From positions 4,160,001-4,224,000 of the forward strand of contig OY969474.1 of assembly GCA_963700145.1 (NCBI GenBank): 64,000 bases of DNA, given 5' to 3'. Within the stretch, counting starts at the first letter, position 1. The number at the start of each line of letters is the position of its first letter. The translations under genes and the position numbers were made by a program. Of this stretch, positions 38,070 to 48,162 are shown piece by piece. The notes under the pieces are model-generated. The model was not told the DNA's origin. It made no database searches and saw only the letters and a program-made list of their open reading frames with translations. Source of the DNA: an uncultured Acidobacteriota bacterium. Its GTDB lineage: Bacteria; Acidobacteriota; Thermoanaerobaculia; Multivoradales; UBA5704.

Positions 38070-38987
38070 ATGACCAGCCGGCACTCGCTCGCCTTCTTCG
38101 CCGCGTTCCTCCTGATCGCCGCCGCGCCGGCGCCCTCCTCCTCCGACCCCGCCCTCCGCCTCGAAGCCGGCAGCGTCGCCCGCCGCCAGCTCGTCGCCGT
38201 CGGCCGCGACCTCGTCGTCGAAGGGAAGGCGCTCGCCGACGTCGCCGCGCTCCAGGGGTCGGTCGAGGTCTCGGGGAGCGTGGCGGGCGACGTGGTGGTG
38301 CTCTCGGGCGACGCCCGCCTGGCGCCGACCGCGCGGATCGGCGGCGACGTCTTCGTCGTCGGCGGCACGCTGCACGCCGCGCCGGGGGCGCGGATCGAGG
38401 GGCGCGGCGTCTCCTACCCGACCGCCTCCTCGGCCTGGCTGACCCTTCTCGAAGGCCCCAGCCTCGGCCTCCCCGCCCATTCGCCGCTCGTCCTCGGCGC
38501 CAAGCTCGCCCTCCTCGCCGCCTGGGCGGCGCTCCTCATGCTCCTCTTCGCCACCGCCGGCCGGCAGCTCCTGGGCACCGCGGCGAGCGTCCGCCGCGAG
38601 CCCTTCCGCGGCTTCTTCATCGGCCTGACCGGCGTCGTGGCGCTTCTCTTGACCGCGCTCTTCTTCAGCGCCTTCGCCGGCGCCGTCCTCGCGCTGCCCC
38701 TCCTGGTGCTGGTCGTCCTCCTCGCCCTGCTGCTGAAGCTCTGGGGGATGGTGGCGGTCTTCTGCGCCCTCGGCGACTGGACGGCCCGCCGCCTCTTCCG
38801 CCGCCCGCGGCCGCGGCCGATCAACGCCGCCACGCTCGGGCTGCTCCTTCTCGGCGCCCTCAAGTTCGTGCCGCTGGTCGGGGTCTGGACGTGGACCGCC
38901 GCCAGCCTGATCGGCGTCGGCGCCACCCTGGCGACGAAGTTCGGCCGCTACGAGCCCTGGTTCGCCCTCTCCGCCGCGGAGGGGTAG
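38070..38987 (+). CDS. Bactofilin-like beta-helix membrane protein
   Basis: Repeated V.G.V.GDV units followed by several TM helices. Confidence 0.7.
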   Translation: MTSRHSLAFFAAFLLIAAAPAPSSSDPALRLEAGSVARRQLVAVGRDLVVEGKALADVAALQGSVEVSGSVAGDVVVLSGDARLAPTARIGGDVFVVGGTLHAAPGARIEGRGVSYPTASSAWLTLLEGPSLGLPAHSPLVLGAKLALLAAWAALLMLLFATAGRQLLGTAASVRREPFRGFFIGLTGVVALLLTALFFSAFAGAVLALPLLVLVVLLALLLKLWGMVAVFCALGDWTARRLFRRPRPRPINAATLGLLLLGALKFVPLVGVWTWTAASLIGVGATLATKFGRYEPWFALSAAEG

Positions 38988-39086
38988 CCCGCGCACGCCA
39001 CTGCTCACGCCGTGAGCAGTCGGCGCGAAGTGGGCGACAATCCTGCTTGACAGCTTGCGCCTACACTCGGCCCACTTCAGAGCCAG

Positions 39087-39563
39087 ATGCGCATGATCTG
39101 CGAGTCTTCGCCCCGCGCCGCGCTGCCCGACGTCCTGGACCTCTTCCACCACAGCCGCGCCCTGCGCGACGAAGACCCGGCGCAGTCGGTCGCGCTGGCG
39201 CGCCGCGCCGCGGACCTCGCCGAGGCGCTCGACCAGCAGCTCCTGGGATCGGATGAGGTCGCCGACCTCCAGGCGCGGGCCTGGATGGAGGTCGGGGACG
39301 CCTACCGCGCGGCCGGCGACCTCTTCGCCGCCGAGGCGACGTTCGCCCACGCCACGGTCGTCCGCCGCGAGGGGACGGGCGACCCGCTGCTGCGCGGTCT
39401 CCTGCTCGAGCACCGGGCCGCGCTCTTCAGCGAGCTCGGCCGCGCCCGCGAAGCGCAGGCCTTCCTCGAGACGGCGCGGCAGGCGTACGCCGAGGCGGGC
39501 GACCGGCGCCTGGCCGGGCGCATCCTCAAGACCGGTCTCGGCCGCCGGCCCAGCGCGGCGTAG
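39087..39563 (+). CDS. Hypothetical TPR-like helical protein
   Basis: ARAWMEVGDAYRAAGDL TPR-like pattern. Confidence 0.6.
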   Translation: MRMICESSPRAALPDVLDLFHHSRALRDEDPAQSVALARRAADLAEALDQQLLGSDEVADLQARAWMEVGDAYRAAGDLFAAEATFAHATVVRREGTGDPLLRGLLLEHRAALFSELGRAREAQAFLETARQAYAEAGDRRLAGRILKTGLGRRPSAA

Positions 39564-39620
39564 GCGCCGCGCGGCCGCCCAGCCCGCCGCGGCGGCGGTG
39601 GTAGGGTACGCCGCGCCCCG

Positions 39621-42600
39621 ATGCGTTCCCTTCCCGCGCGCGCTTCCCTGCTGCTCTTTGGCTCGGGCTTCTGCGCCCTCGTTTACCAGACCGCCTGGCT
39701 GCGCATGCTGCGCCTGGTGTTCGGCGCCTCCACCGCCTCCTCGGCGGCGGTCCTCGCCATCTTCATGGCCGGGCTCGGCTTCGGCAGCCTCCTCCTCGGC
39801 CCGCGCGCCGACCGCAAGCCGGTGCCGCTCCTCTTCTACGCCCACCTGGAGGCCGGGATCGCCGTCGCGGCCGGGCTCTCGCCCTGGCTGATCGCCCTCG
39901 TCCGCGACTTCTACCTCGCGCTCGGCGGCAGCGCGCGGATGGGGCTCGCCGCCGGCACCGGCGTGCGGCTCGTCTTCGCGGCGCTGGTCCTCGGCGTTCC
40001 CACCTTCCTGATGGGCGGCACGCTCCCCGCCGTGGCGCGGGCGGTCGAGCGCTCAGCCGACCGCGGCCGGCGCCTGGTCGGCCTGCTCTACGCCGCCAAC
40101 ACCCTGGGCGCGGTCGCCGGCGCCGTCGTCACCACCTTCTTCGCGCTCGAGATCCTGGGGACGCGGAAGAGCATCTGGGTCGCGGCGCTCGTCAACCTGC
40201 TGGTGGCGCTCACGGCGCGGCGGATGGCGCTCGGCCCGCCGGCGCCGGAGGCCGCGGCAGCGCCGGCCGCCCCGGCGGAGCCCGCGGTCGCGCCCGCGCC
40301 GGCCCCGGTGGAGGCGGTGGCGCCGGCCGAGGTGCCGGCCGCCGAGGTGCCGTCCGAGGGCGCGGTCACCCCGGCGCGCTGGCTGGTGCCGACGGCGGCG
40401 GCGCTCGTCGGGTTCGCCTTCCTGCTCATGGAGCTGGTCTGGTACCGGATGCTGGCGCCGATCCTGGGCGGCTCCTCCTACACCTTCGGCCTCATCCTGG
40501 CGGTGGCGCTCCTGGGCATCGGCCTCGGCGGCTTCGTCTACGGCGCGCAGCCGCGCCGGCGGCGGCCGACGCTGCTCGCCTTCGCCGGCACCTGCGCGCT
40601 GGAGGCGCTCTTCCTCGTCCTGCCCTTCGCCCTGGGCGACCGGCTGGCGGTCCTCGCCGCGATCCTGCGGCCGCTCGGCAACGCCGGGTTCGCCGCCCTC
40701 GTCCTGGCCTGGGCGCTGATCACCTTCGTCGTCGTGCTGCCGGCGGCGCTGGTGGCCGGCTACCAGTTCCCGCTCCTGATCGGTCTTCTCGGCAGCGGCC
40801 GGCGGCGGGTGGGGCGCGAGGTGGGCATCACCTACGCCGCCAACACCGTCGGGGCGGTGGTGGGCTCGATCGCCGGCGGCTTCGGCCTCCTGCCGCTGCT
40901 CACCGCGCCGGGCGTCTGGCGGCTGGTCGCGGTCCTCCTCGTCGCGCTCGCCGCGCTGGCGGCGCTCGCCGACCTGCGCGCCGGCGCGCCGCACCGCGCC
41001 GCCCTCCTCCCCGCCGCCGCCGGCGCCCTCGCTCTCCTCTTCTGCGCCGCCACCGGCCCTACCGCCTTCTGGCGCCACGGCGCCATCGGCGCCGGCCGCA
41101 TGCCCACCGTCTGGGACGGCCCGAACGACCTGCGGCGCGCCATCCACGAGCGGCGCCAGGGGATGGTCTGGGAGCGCGACGGCGTCGAGAGCAGCGTCGC
41201 GCTGATGGCCGCCGACGACTACGCCTTCCTGGTCAACGGCAAGTCCGACGGCAGCGCGCGCGGCGACGCGCCGACGCAGGTGATGAGCGGCCTCGTCGGC
41301 ACCATGTTCCACCCCAACCCCCGCCGCAGCCTGGTCATCGGCCTTGGCACCGGCTCGACCGCGGGGTGGCTCGCCGAGGTGCCGACGATGGAGCGCGTGG
41401 ACGTCGTCGAGCTCGAGCCGGCGGTGCTGGACGTGGCCCGCGCCTGCGACGGCGTCAACCACCACGTCCTCTCCCACCCCAAGGTGCGGGTCGAGATCGG
41501 CGACGGGCGCGAGCTCCTGCTCACCACCGGCGAGCGCTACGACGTCATCTTCTCCGAGCCCTCGAACCCCTACCGCGCCGGCGTGGCGAGCCTCTTCACC
41601 GAGGACTTCTACCGCGCCGCCGTCGAGCGGCTGGCGCCGGGCGGCATCTTCGCGCAGTGGCTCCAGGGCTACGAGGTGGACGCGCAGCTCGTCCGCACCG
41701 TCTACGCCACCTTGGGCACGGTCTTCCCGTCGATCGAGAGCTGGCAGGTGAGCGAGGTGGATTTGCTCCTCCTCGCCAGCCGCGAGCCGCTGCGCCACGA
41801 CGTCGCGCGGGTGCGCGCCCGCGCCGCCCAGGAGCCCTACCGCAGCGCCCTCGACTGGACCTGGGGGGTCGGCGGCGCCGAGGGCTTCTACACCGGCTAC
41901 ACCGCCGCGCCCGCGCTGGCCCGCGCCCTCGGCGCCGAGGAGGGGCGCTGGCGCAACACCGACGACCGCTCGATCCTCGAGTTCGGCTTCGCCCGCAACC
42001 TCGGGCGGACCGGCCTCTTCAAGATCGCCCAGCTCCGCCAGCTGGCGCAGGCGCGCGGCGCCGGCCGCCCGCCGCTCGCCGCCGGCCGGCTGGACTGGGA
42101 CCGGCTCGACGAGCTGCGCTCCGCCCGCCTCGCCTGGTTCGGCGCCGGGCTGGCGCCGCCGGCGCCGGACGTCGAGCGGGACGCCGCGCTGCGCCAGACC
42201 GCGCGCCTGGCCTGGATCGAAGGGCGCATCGCGCGCGCCTGCGCCGCCTGGCGGCAGCAGCCGGCGGCGCCGGACTCCCACCTCGACCGCCTGCTCCTCG
42301 CCGAGTGCCTGGCGGCGGCCGGCGACGCGGCGGCGGTGCCGGCGGCCGCGGCCCTGCGCCGCCACCAGCCGCTGGAGGCCGAGCTGGTGCTCGCCGTCCT
42401 CGACCAGGCGGCCGGCCGGCCGGCGGCCGCGGGGCGGCGGCTCCTCGGCGTCGCCCGCGCCCTGCGCACCGATCCCTGGATCCACATGCAGTTCGGCGGT
42501 CGCGTGTGGCGCGTCGCCGTGCCGGTGGCGCAGGCCGACCCGGCCGTCGGGCTCGAGCTCTTCCACGCCCTCGCCAAGCCCTGGGCCGCCGGCCTCTTCG

Positions 42601-42857
42601 ACTTCCCGCGCCTGCAGCTCCGCATGGACCTGGCGCGCACCCTCCGCCGCCCCGACCTCTGCGTCGAGACCCTCGTCCCCTTCGAGCCGCATGTCCCCTG
42701 GGACCGCAGCTTCCTCACCCACCGCGCCGACTGCTACCGCAGCTTCGACCACCCCCTGGCCGCCCGCGCCGCGCGCGAGTTGGAGGAGTTCCTCGCCGCC
42801 GCCCCGCCAGAGCTGGCGGAGCGGCTGGCGATGCCTGGCGATGCGGTGCGCCGGTGA
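39621..42857 (+). CDS. Fused multi-TM / spermidine-synthase-like SAM-dependent protein
   Basis: SGFCALVYQ, YAANTLGA, LVNGKSDG, VIGLGTGST, VELEP, DGR, DVIFSEPSNP. Confidence 0.88.
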   Translation: MRSLPARASLLLFGSGFCALVYQTAWLRMLRLVFGASTASSAAVLAIFMAGLGFGSLLLGPRADRKPVPLLFYAHLEAGIAVAAGLSPWLIALVRDFYLALGGSARMGLAAGTGVRLVFAALVLGVPTFLMGGTLPAVARAVERSADRGRRLVGLLYAANTLGAVAGAVVTTFFALEILGTRKSIWVAALVNLLVALTARRMALGPPAPEAAAAPAAPAEPAVAPAPAPVEAVAPAEVPAAEVPSEGAVTPARWLVPTAAALVGFAFLLMELVWYRMLAPILGGSSYTFGLILAVALLGIGLGGFVYGAQPRRRRPTLLAFAGTCALEALFLVLPFALGDRLAVLAAILRPLGNAGFAALVLAWALITFVVVLPAALVAGYQFPLLIGLLGSGRRRVGREVGITYAANTVGAVVGSIAGGFGLLPLLTAPGVWRLVAVLLVALAALAALADLRAGAPHRAALLPAAAGALALLFCAATGPTAFWRHGAIGAGRMPTVWDGPNDLRRAIHERRQGMVWERDGVESSVALMAADDYAFLVNGKSDGSARGDAPTQVMSGLVGTMFHPNPRRSLVIGLGTGSTAGWLAEVPTMERVDVVELEPAVLDVARACDGVNHHVLSHPKVRVEIGDGRELLLTTGERYDVIFSEPSNPYRAGVASLFTEDFYRAAVERLAPGGIFAQWLQGYEVDAQLVRTVYATLGTVFPSIESWQVSEVDLLLLASREPLRHDVARVRARAAQEPYRSALDWTWGVGGAEGFYTGYTAAPALARALGAEEGRWRNTDDRSILEFGFARNLGRTGLFKIAQLRQLAQARGAGRPPLAAGRLDWDRLDELRSARLAWFGAGLAPPAPDVERDAALRQTARLAWIEGRIARACAAWRQQPAAPDSHLDRLLLAECLAAAGDAAAVPAAAALRRHQPLEAELVLAVLDQAAGRPAAAGRRLLGVARALRTDPWIHMQFGGRVWRVAVPVAQADPAVGLELFHALAKPWAAGLFDFPRLQLRMDLARTLRRPDLCVETLVPFEPHVPWDRSFLTHRADCYRSFDHPLAARAARELEEFLAAAPPELAERLAMPGDAVRR

Positions 42858-42879
42858 GGCGGCGGGGCGGGAGGCGGGG

Positions 42880-43614
42880 TCAGTCGCGGCGGTAGTCGGC
42901 GAGGGTGGCGACGTTATCCTGCACCAGGCCGACGTCGGGGCAGTAGACCTTGACGCTCTCGTGCCCGGGCTCGAGCGGCGTCGTCTCGACGACCCGCACG
43001 CAGCTCTCGAAGGTCTCGCCGGCGGCGTCGACCTCGAGACCCATCTCGACGTGCTCGGCGCGGTCGAGGGCGACGCCCGGCGCGATCTCCTGGTAGTAGC
43101 GCGAGCCGAGGAGGAAGCGGGCGGGGATGATGATGCCGGGCTGGGCGCCGCCCACCCCCGCCTGCCACGAGCCGTCGTGGCTCACCACCTCGCCGTCCTC
43201 GTAGATGTCGACCGACTCGCCGAAGTAGAAGACGTCGTTGGTCTGGCGGCAGCGGGCGTACCAGTTGCGCGACACCTCGACGAGCTCGTTGTCGATCCAC
43301 TCGCGCTCGACGACGACGCGCGCCCGCACCGCCAGCGCCGCGCCCTCCGGGGTGACGTTGATCCACTTGGTGTTGTTCGAGACGGTGATCTCGACCTCCA
43401 CCTCCTCGCCGTCCTCCTCCCCTTCGAGCGTCAGCTGGTCGCCGGGGTTGAGGCTGAAGTAGGGGTTCGCCCGGCCGTTCGACGCGAACTCGCAGCGCTC
43501 GACGTCGAAGTCGGTGGTGAACTCCGGCTCGGGCGGCGCCGCGCCGGCGAGCGCGAAGCTCAAGAGGACGCAGAGAACGATGCCGGCACACAGGAACAGA
43601 TTGCGGGTCTTCAT
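42880..43614 (-). CDS. Hypothetical secreted protein
   Basis: Signal peptide MKTRNLFLC...ALA; NPYFSL.PG, VFYFGE, GSWQAG..GA.PG; SD AAGGAG. Confidence 0.75.
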   Translation of the reverse strand: MKTRNLFLCAGIVLCVLLSFALAGAAPPEPEFTTDFDVERCEFASNGRANPYFSLNPGDQLTLEGEEDGEEVEVEITVSNNTKWINVTPEGAALAVRARVVVEREWIDNELVEVSRNWYARCRQTNDVFYFGESVDIYEDGEVVSHDGSWQAGVGGAQPGIIIPARFLLGSRYYQEIAPGVALDRAEHVEMGLEVDAAGETFESCVRVVETTPLEPGHESVKVYCPDVGLVQDNVATLADYRRD

Positions 43615-43671
43615 CGGAAGCTCCTTTCCGGGAGCGCCGTCTCCCCGGCGCCGTCCCTGCCCTTCTTGGAT

Positions 43672-43694
43672 GCGGCGCGGCGCGGAACCCTTCG
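43672..43694. repeat. Left 23-bp direct repeat flanking the AbiEii-type module
   Basis: GCGGCGCGGCGCGGAACCCTTCG, identical at 44765-44787. Confidence 0.85.
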
Positions 43695-43737
43695 ACTGCG
43701 GGCGATCCCTTTTCGGGGTGCTGTTAAACTCACCACC

Positions 43738-43977
43738 GTGGACGCACGTGACGATCTCCGCGCCGACATGCGGGCGGCTGTCGATGCCCTCGTCGAGGCG
43801 AACCGCCTTCGCTGCCTGTGGTTTCTGCGTCGCGACTACTACCCGTCCAGCGACGAGGAGCGGGAGCGGGTGCTGCTCCACATCGAGCGCCACGGCGACC
43901 GCGACGCGTACCGCCGCGCCCGCGAGCTGCGACGATGGCTCTCACCGAGCTCCAGCGCCGGATCTGCCGCCTCATAG
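43738..43977 (+). CDS. Small putative antitoxin upstream of the nucleotidyltransferase
   Basis: VDARDD...CLWFLRRDYYP...ERVLLHIERHGD...; overlaps the toxin start; TAAACT 7 nt before GTG. Confidence 0.68.
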   Translation: MDARDDLRADMRAAVDALVEANRLRCLWFLRRDYYPSSDEERERVLLHIERHGDRDAYRRARELRRWLSPSSSAGSAAS

Positions 43978-44747
43978 CCGAGAACCGGATCGCCTCCGGG
44001 GAGAGCTACGTGGCCGGCGGCACCGCCCTCGGCGTGCTCACCGGGGCAGCTCGTATCTCGCGCGACATCGACCTGTTCCACGACACCGAGGAGGCGCTGG
44101 ATTTCTCGTGGCGGGCGGACCGGCGGCTCTTGGAGCAGAGCGGCTTCTCGGTGACTCCCTTGCGCGAGCGCCCCGGGTTCGTGGAGGCGGCAGTGGGGCG
44201 CGGTGGCGATGAAGTGCTCATGGAGTGGGCGCGCGACAGCGCCTTTCGCTTCTTTCCGCTGCTGCGTCACGACGAGCTCGGCCTGACACTGCACCCCTTC
44301 GATCTCGCCACGAACAAGGTCCTTGCCCTCGTCGGCCGGCTGGAGGCGCGAGACTGGATCGACGTGATCACCAGCGACGAGAGGATCCAGCCGCTTGGAT
44401 ACCTCGCCTGGGCAGCCAGCGGCAAGGACCCTGGCTTCGGCCCGCGGGCGATCCTGGAGCAGGCGGCGCGCACGGCCCGTTATTCCGCCGCCGACGTCGA
44501 CCAGCTCGACTTCTCCGGCGAACGGCCGGATGCAGCGGTGCTCTCTCGGACCTGGCACGCGATGCTGGACGCCGCCGCCGCCGTGACCGAAGCGCTGCCG
44601 CCCGACCGCGTCGGGACGTGTGTGCTCACCGCGGAAGGAGAGCTCTGTCGTTCGCCGGCGACCGACCTCCTTCGCCGTCTCGAGCAAGGCCGCGTCGTCT
44701 TCCACGCAGGGAGCATCCGCGGCGCGTTGCCGAACATTCGCCGTTAG
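43935..44747 (+). CDS. AbiEii/AbiGii-family nucleotidyltransferase toxin
   Basis: YVAGGTAL, RISRDIDLF, NKVLAL..R.EARDWID; start ATG 43935. Confidence 0.82.
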   Translation: MALTELQRRICRLIAENRIASGESYVAGGTALGVLTGAARISRDIDLFHDTEEALDFSWRADRRLLEQSGFSVTPLRERPGFVEAAVGRGGDEVLMEWARDSAFRFFPLLRHDELGLTLHPFDLATNKVLALVGRLEARDWIDVITSDERIQPLGYLAWAASGKDPGFGPRAILEQAARTARYSAADVDQLDFSGERPDAAVLSRTWHAMLDAAAAVTEALPPDRVGTCVLTAEGELCRSPATDLLRRLEQGRVVFHAGSIRGALPNIRR

Positions 44748-44764
44748 CGATGACGAATGCTGAC

Positions 44765-44787
44765 GCGGCGCGGCGCGGAACCCTTCG
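44765..44787. repeat. Right 23-bp direct repeat flanking the AbiEii-type module
   Basis: Identical to 43672-43694. Confidence 0.85.
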
Positions 44788-44897
44788 CGCGATACGATCC
44801 GCGCCGGAGCGGGGGTGCCGTTTTCGCCTTGACCACCTGCGGTCGATCCCCTAGGCTCGCCAGTTCCCCGCGGCGGCGCGGGGCAGCGGGAGGTGCA

Positions 44898-45755
44898 GTG
44901 CAAGAGGTCCGCACGATCGGCGTGGTCGGCGCCGGGACGATGGGGCAGGGGATCGCGCAGGTGGCGGCGCAGAGCGGCTACGACGTCGTGCTGGTGGACG
45001 TCGCGGCGCCGGCGCTGGAGCGCGGGCGGGCGCAGATCGCCAAGGGCCTCGACCGGCTGGTCGCCAAGGGGAAGCTGGCGCAAGCGGAGCGCGACGCCGC
45101 CGGCGCGCGGATCGCCGCGCACGGCGAGCTCGGCCCCCTCGCCGCCGCCGACCTGGTCGTCGAGGCGGTCGTCGAGCGGCTGGAGGTCAAGCGGTCGGTC
45201 CTGACCGAGCTCGACCGCCTCTGCCCGCCGGCGGCGATCCTGGCCTCGAACACCAGCTCGATCTCGATCACCAAGCTGGCGGCGGCCACCGGCCGCCCCG
45301 GCAAGGTCATCGGCATGCACTTCATGAACCCCGTGCCGGTGATGCAGCTCGTGGAGGTGATCCGCGGCCTCGCCACCGACCAGGAGACCTACGACACCGT
45401 CGAGGCCGCGGCCCGGCGCATGGGCAAGACCCCGGTCGAGGTGCACGACGCTCCCGGCTTCGTGTCCAACCGGGTGCTGATGCCGATGATAAACGAGGCG
45501 GTCTTCTGCTTGCAGGAGGGCGTGGGGAAGGCGGAGGCGATCGACGAGGTGATGAAGCTGGGCATGAACCACCCGATGGGGCCGCTGGCGCTCGCCGACC
45601 TGATCGGCCTCGACGTCTGCCTCGACATCCTGCGCGTCCTCCAGCAGGGCTTCGGCGACCCCAAGTACCGCCCCTGCCCGCTGTTGGCCAAGATGGTCGA
45701 CGCCGGCCACCTCGGGCGGAAGACCGGACGCGGCTTTTATACGTACTCTGCCTGA
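44898..45755 (+). CDS. hbd: 3-hydroxybutyryl-CoA dehydrogenase
   Basis: [15 protein letters not shown]...[30 protein letters not shown]; GTG start after GGAGG. Confidence 0.93.
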   Translation: MQEVRTIGVVGAGTMGQGIAQVAAQSGYDVVLVDVAAPALERGRAQIAKGLDRLVAKGKLAQAERDAAGARIAAHGELGPLAAADLVVEAVVERLEVKRSVLTELDRLCPPAAILASNTSSISITKLAAATGRPGKVIGMHFMNPVPVMQLVEVIRGLATDQETYDTVEAAARRMGKTPVEVHDAPGFVSNRVLMPMINEAVFCLQEGVGKAEAIDEVMKLGMNHPMGPLALADLIGLDVCLDILRVLQQGFGDPKYRPCPLLAKMVDAGHLGRKTGRGFYTYSA

Positions 45756-47605
45756 TGTATTGCCAGGTCTGCGGCACCCTGAACCCGGACGAAGAGGAGT
45801 TCTGCTCCCGCTGCCACCAGAAGCTGCTGGTGCTCTCGGGGGTGGCGCTCGAAGAGGACAGCTCCTACGAGGAGTCCTCCGAAGAGAGCTTCTCGTTCGA
45901 CGAGCACCTCCTCGAGCGGATCTCGATCCTCGAGGAGGCGGTCAAGCGCACCGCCGAGACCGTGCGCCAGCTCCTGGGGGCCCTGCACAAGCAGGAGCGG
46001 AACCTCCTCATCAACCAGACCGGCATGACCACCCTGCGCGAGCTCCTCGAGCAGAAGCAGGTCATCGGCTGGGACGAGTGGAACGAGCTCTGGGAGTCCA
46101 AGATGGACTACCAGCTCCTGGCGCTCGAAAAGCGCGAGCGCTTCCTCTCGATCAAGGAGCGCATCGCCGCCCTCTACCACGGCGACAAGCGGAAGGTCTT
46201 CCTGCAGCACCTGGAGGACGCCGAGTACGCGCTCTTCGCCTTCGACATCGAGCGCGCGGTGCGGGCGCTCGAAGCCGCCCACAAGCTCGACCGCGACAAC
46301 TACGAGCTGGCGTACTTCCTCGGCGAGACGCACTTCAACGAGGGGGAGCCCGACCAGGCGCTCGCCTACTTCGGGCGCGTGCTGGAGATCAAGCCCGACC
46401 ACTACGAGGGGCTGGTCTACAGCGGCGTCATCCTCTACGAGCGCGGCGAGCACGCCCGCGCCGAGGAGAGCCTGAAGCGCGCCGTCGCCCTCTACCCCGA
46501 GACCTTCCTCCCCAACTTCAGCCTCGGCGCGGTCTACGCCAGCCAGGGGAACCTGTCGAAGGCGGTGCTCTTCCTCGAGCGGGCGGTCAAGGTCGATTCG
46601 GTGCCGCAGGCGCGCTTCCTCCTGGGGAGCTGCCTCTACGAGATGGGGCGCCTGTCGCAGGCCATCGTCCACCTGCAGGAGGCGGTGCGGCTCGACCCGG
46701 CGTTCGAGGAGGCGCACCACCTGCTCGGCCTCACCTACCTCGACCGGCACTGGAACCGCAAGGCGCTCGACGCCTTCCGCCGCGCCCAGCGCTTGAACCC
46801 CAAGAAGCTCCAGTACCAGGACCTCGTGCGCTACCTCTCGGGGCAGGCCGGCGGGCCGCTGCCGCAGGTGCAGGGCGAGGCCTCCTCCTGGCTGCTCAAG
46901 GGGGAGGAGGCGATCAAGCGCGACAACCTCAAGCTCGCCTTGACCTGCTACCGGCGGGCGCTGTCGCTCGAGCCGGACAATCCGACGCTGCTCATGTCCT
47001 ACGCCCTCCTCTGCCTCCACCTCGACCGCAGCCAGGAGATCGAGCTGGTGACGCAGAAGGTGCTCGACCTGAAGCCCGGCGAGATGCTGGAGGCCACCGC
47101 CACCGCCACCCTCATCGAGTCGCTGCGCAGTCAGGGGAAGTACCGCGAGGGCAACCGCGTCGGCCGCCGCCTGCTCGACGAGGGGCGCTCGAGCTTCGCC
47201 AAGTCGATCGCCTACTACGAGATGGCTTACAACCTGGCGGAGATGGAGGAGGACCTCGACGAGGCCCTCGACTTCGCCCGCCGCGCCGTCGAGCACTCGC
47301 CCGAGGAGCTCAAGCAGTTCCCGCTCGCCGCCCTCGGCTGGGTGCACTACAAGCGCAAGGAGTTCGACAAGGCGATCGACTTCCTGTCGCGCTCGAGCGA
47401 GCTGGGGCCGACCTCGACGACGCTGACCCACCTCGGCATGGCGCTCCTCGCCTCCGGCGAGGAGGACCGGGCGCGCAACGTCCTCGCCCACGCCCGCACC
47501 CTCGGCGGCGGCCGCGGCGAGGGGCTCGAAGAGAAGATGATGGAGTGGATGAAGGACTCGACGCGCCTCCTCGAGCGCGTCCGCCGCGGGCAACGCAAGC
47601 CGTAA
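45755..47605 (+). CDS. Zinc-ribbon plus multi-TPR protein
   Basis: MYCQVCG...FCSRC, then many TPRs; TGATG coupling to hbd. Confidence 0.85.
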   Translation: MYCQVCGTLNPDEEEFCSRCHQKLLVLSGVALEEDSSYEESSEESFSFDEHLLERISILEEAVKRTAETVRQLLGALHKQERNLLINQTGMTTLRELLEQKQVIGWDEWNELWESKMDYQLLALEKRERFLSIKERIAALYHGDKRKVFLQHLEDAEYALFAFDIERAVRALEAAHKLDRDNYELAYFLGETHFNEGEPDQALAYFGRVLEIKPDHYEGLVYSGVILYERGEHARAEESLKRAVALYPETFLPNFSLGAVYASQGNLSKAVLFLERAVKVDSVPQARFLLGSCLYEMGRLSQAIVHLQEAVRLDPAFEEAHHLLGLTYLDRHWNRKALDAFRRAQRLNPKKLQYQDLVRYLSGQAGGPLPQVQGEASSWLLKGEEAIKRDNLKLALTCYRRALSLEPDNPTLLMSYALLCLHLDRSQEIELVTQKVLDLKPGEMLEATATATLIESLRSQGKYREGNRVGRRLLDEGRSSFAKSIAYYEMAYNLAEMEEDLDEALDFARRAVEHSPEELKQFPLAALGWVHYKRKEFDKAIDFLSRSSELGPTSTTLTHLGMALLASGEEDRARNVLAHARTLGGGRGEGLEEKMMEWMKDSTRLLERVRRGQRKP

Positions 47606-47697
47606 ATAGTTCGTAAAACCTCGCCGCCGGCCGGGCGCGAGCCGACACTCCCCGCCGTCGCTGCCGTACCATCGGCAGCACGCAGGGAGGACCCCTC

Positions 47698-48162
47698 ATG
47701 CCGCCCATCGAGCTCATCGTCAACCGCGAGCGCCGCACGGTGGACGTGGCGCCCGACACCCCGCTCCTCTGGGTGCTGCGCGACACGCTCGGGCTGACCG
47801 GCACCAAGTTCGGCTGCGGCCGGTCGCTCTGCGGCGCCTGCACCGTGCACGTCGGCGGCACCGCCATGCGGTCGTGCGTGACGCCGGTGGGCACGGTCGC
47901 CGGCCAGCCGATCACCACGATCGAGGGCCTCTCGGCGGACGGTACCCACCCGGTGCAGCGCGCCTGGATCGCCGAGGACGTCCCGCAGTGCGGCTACTGC
48001 CAGGCCGGCCAGATCATGACCGCGGCGGCGTTCCTCGCCCGCCAGCCGCGGCCGAGCGACGCCGAGATCGAGCAGGCGATGGACGGCAACCTCTGCCGCT
48101 GCGGCACCTACGAGCGCATCCGGCGTGCGGTGCGGCGGGCCGCCGCCGAGGCGGCGTCATGA
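47698..48162 (+). CDS. (2Fe-2S) subunit of a Mo-hydroxylase (IorA-like)
   Basis: GTKFGCG...[20 protein letters not shown]. Confidence 0.93.
   Translation: MPPIELIVNRERRTVDVAPDTPLLWVLRDTLGLTGTKFGCGRSLCGACTVHVGGTAMRSCVTPVGTVAGQPITTIEGLSADGTHPVQRAWIAEDVPQCGYCQAGQIMTAAAFLARQPRPSDAEIEQAMDGNLCRCGTYERIRRAVRRAAAEAAS

Noticed and set aside
39621-42857. Novel system around the membrane spermidine-synthase fusion
   Set aside because: A recognisable widespread family, with no unusual partners adjacent.
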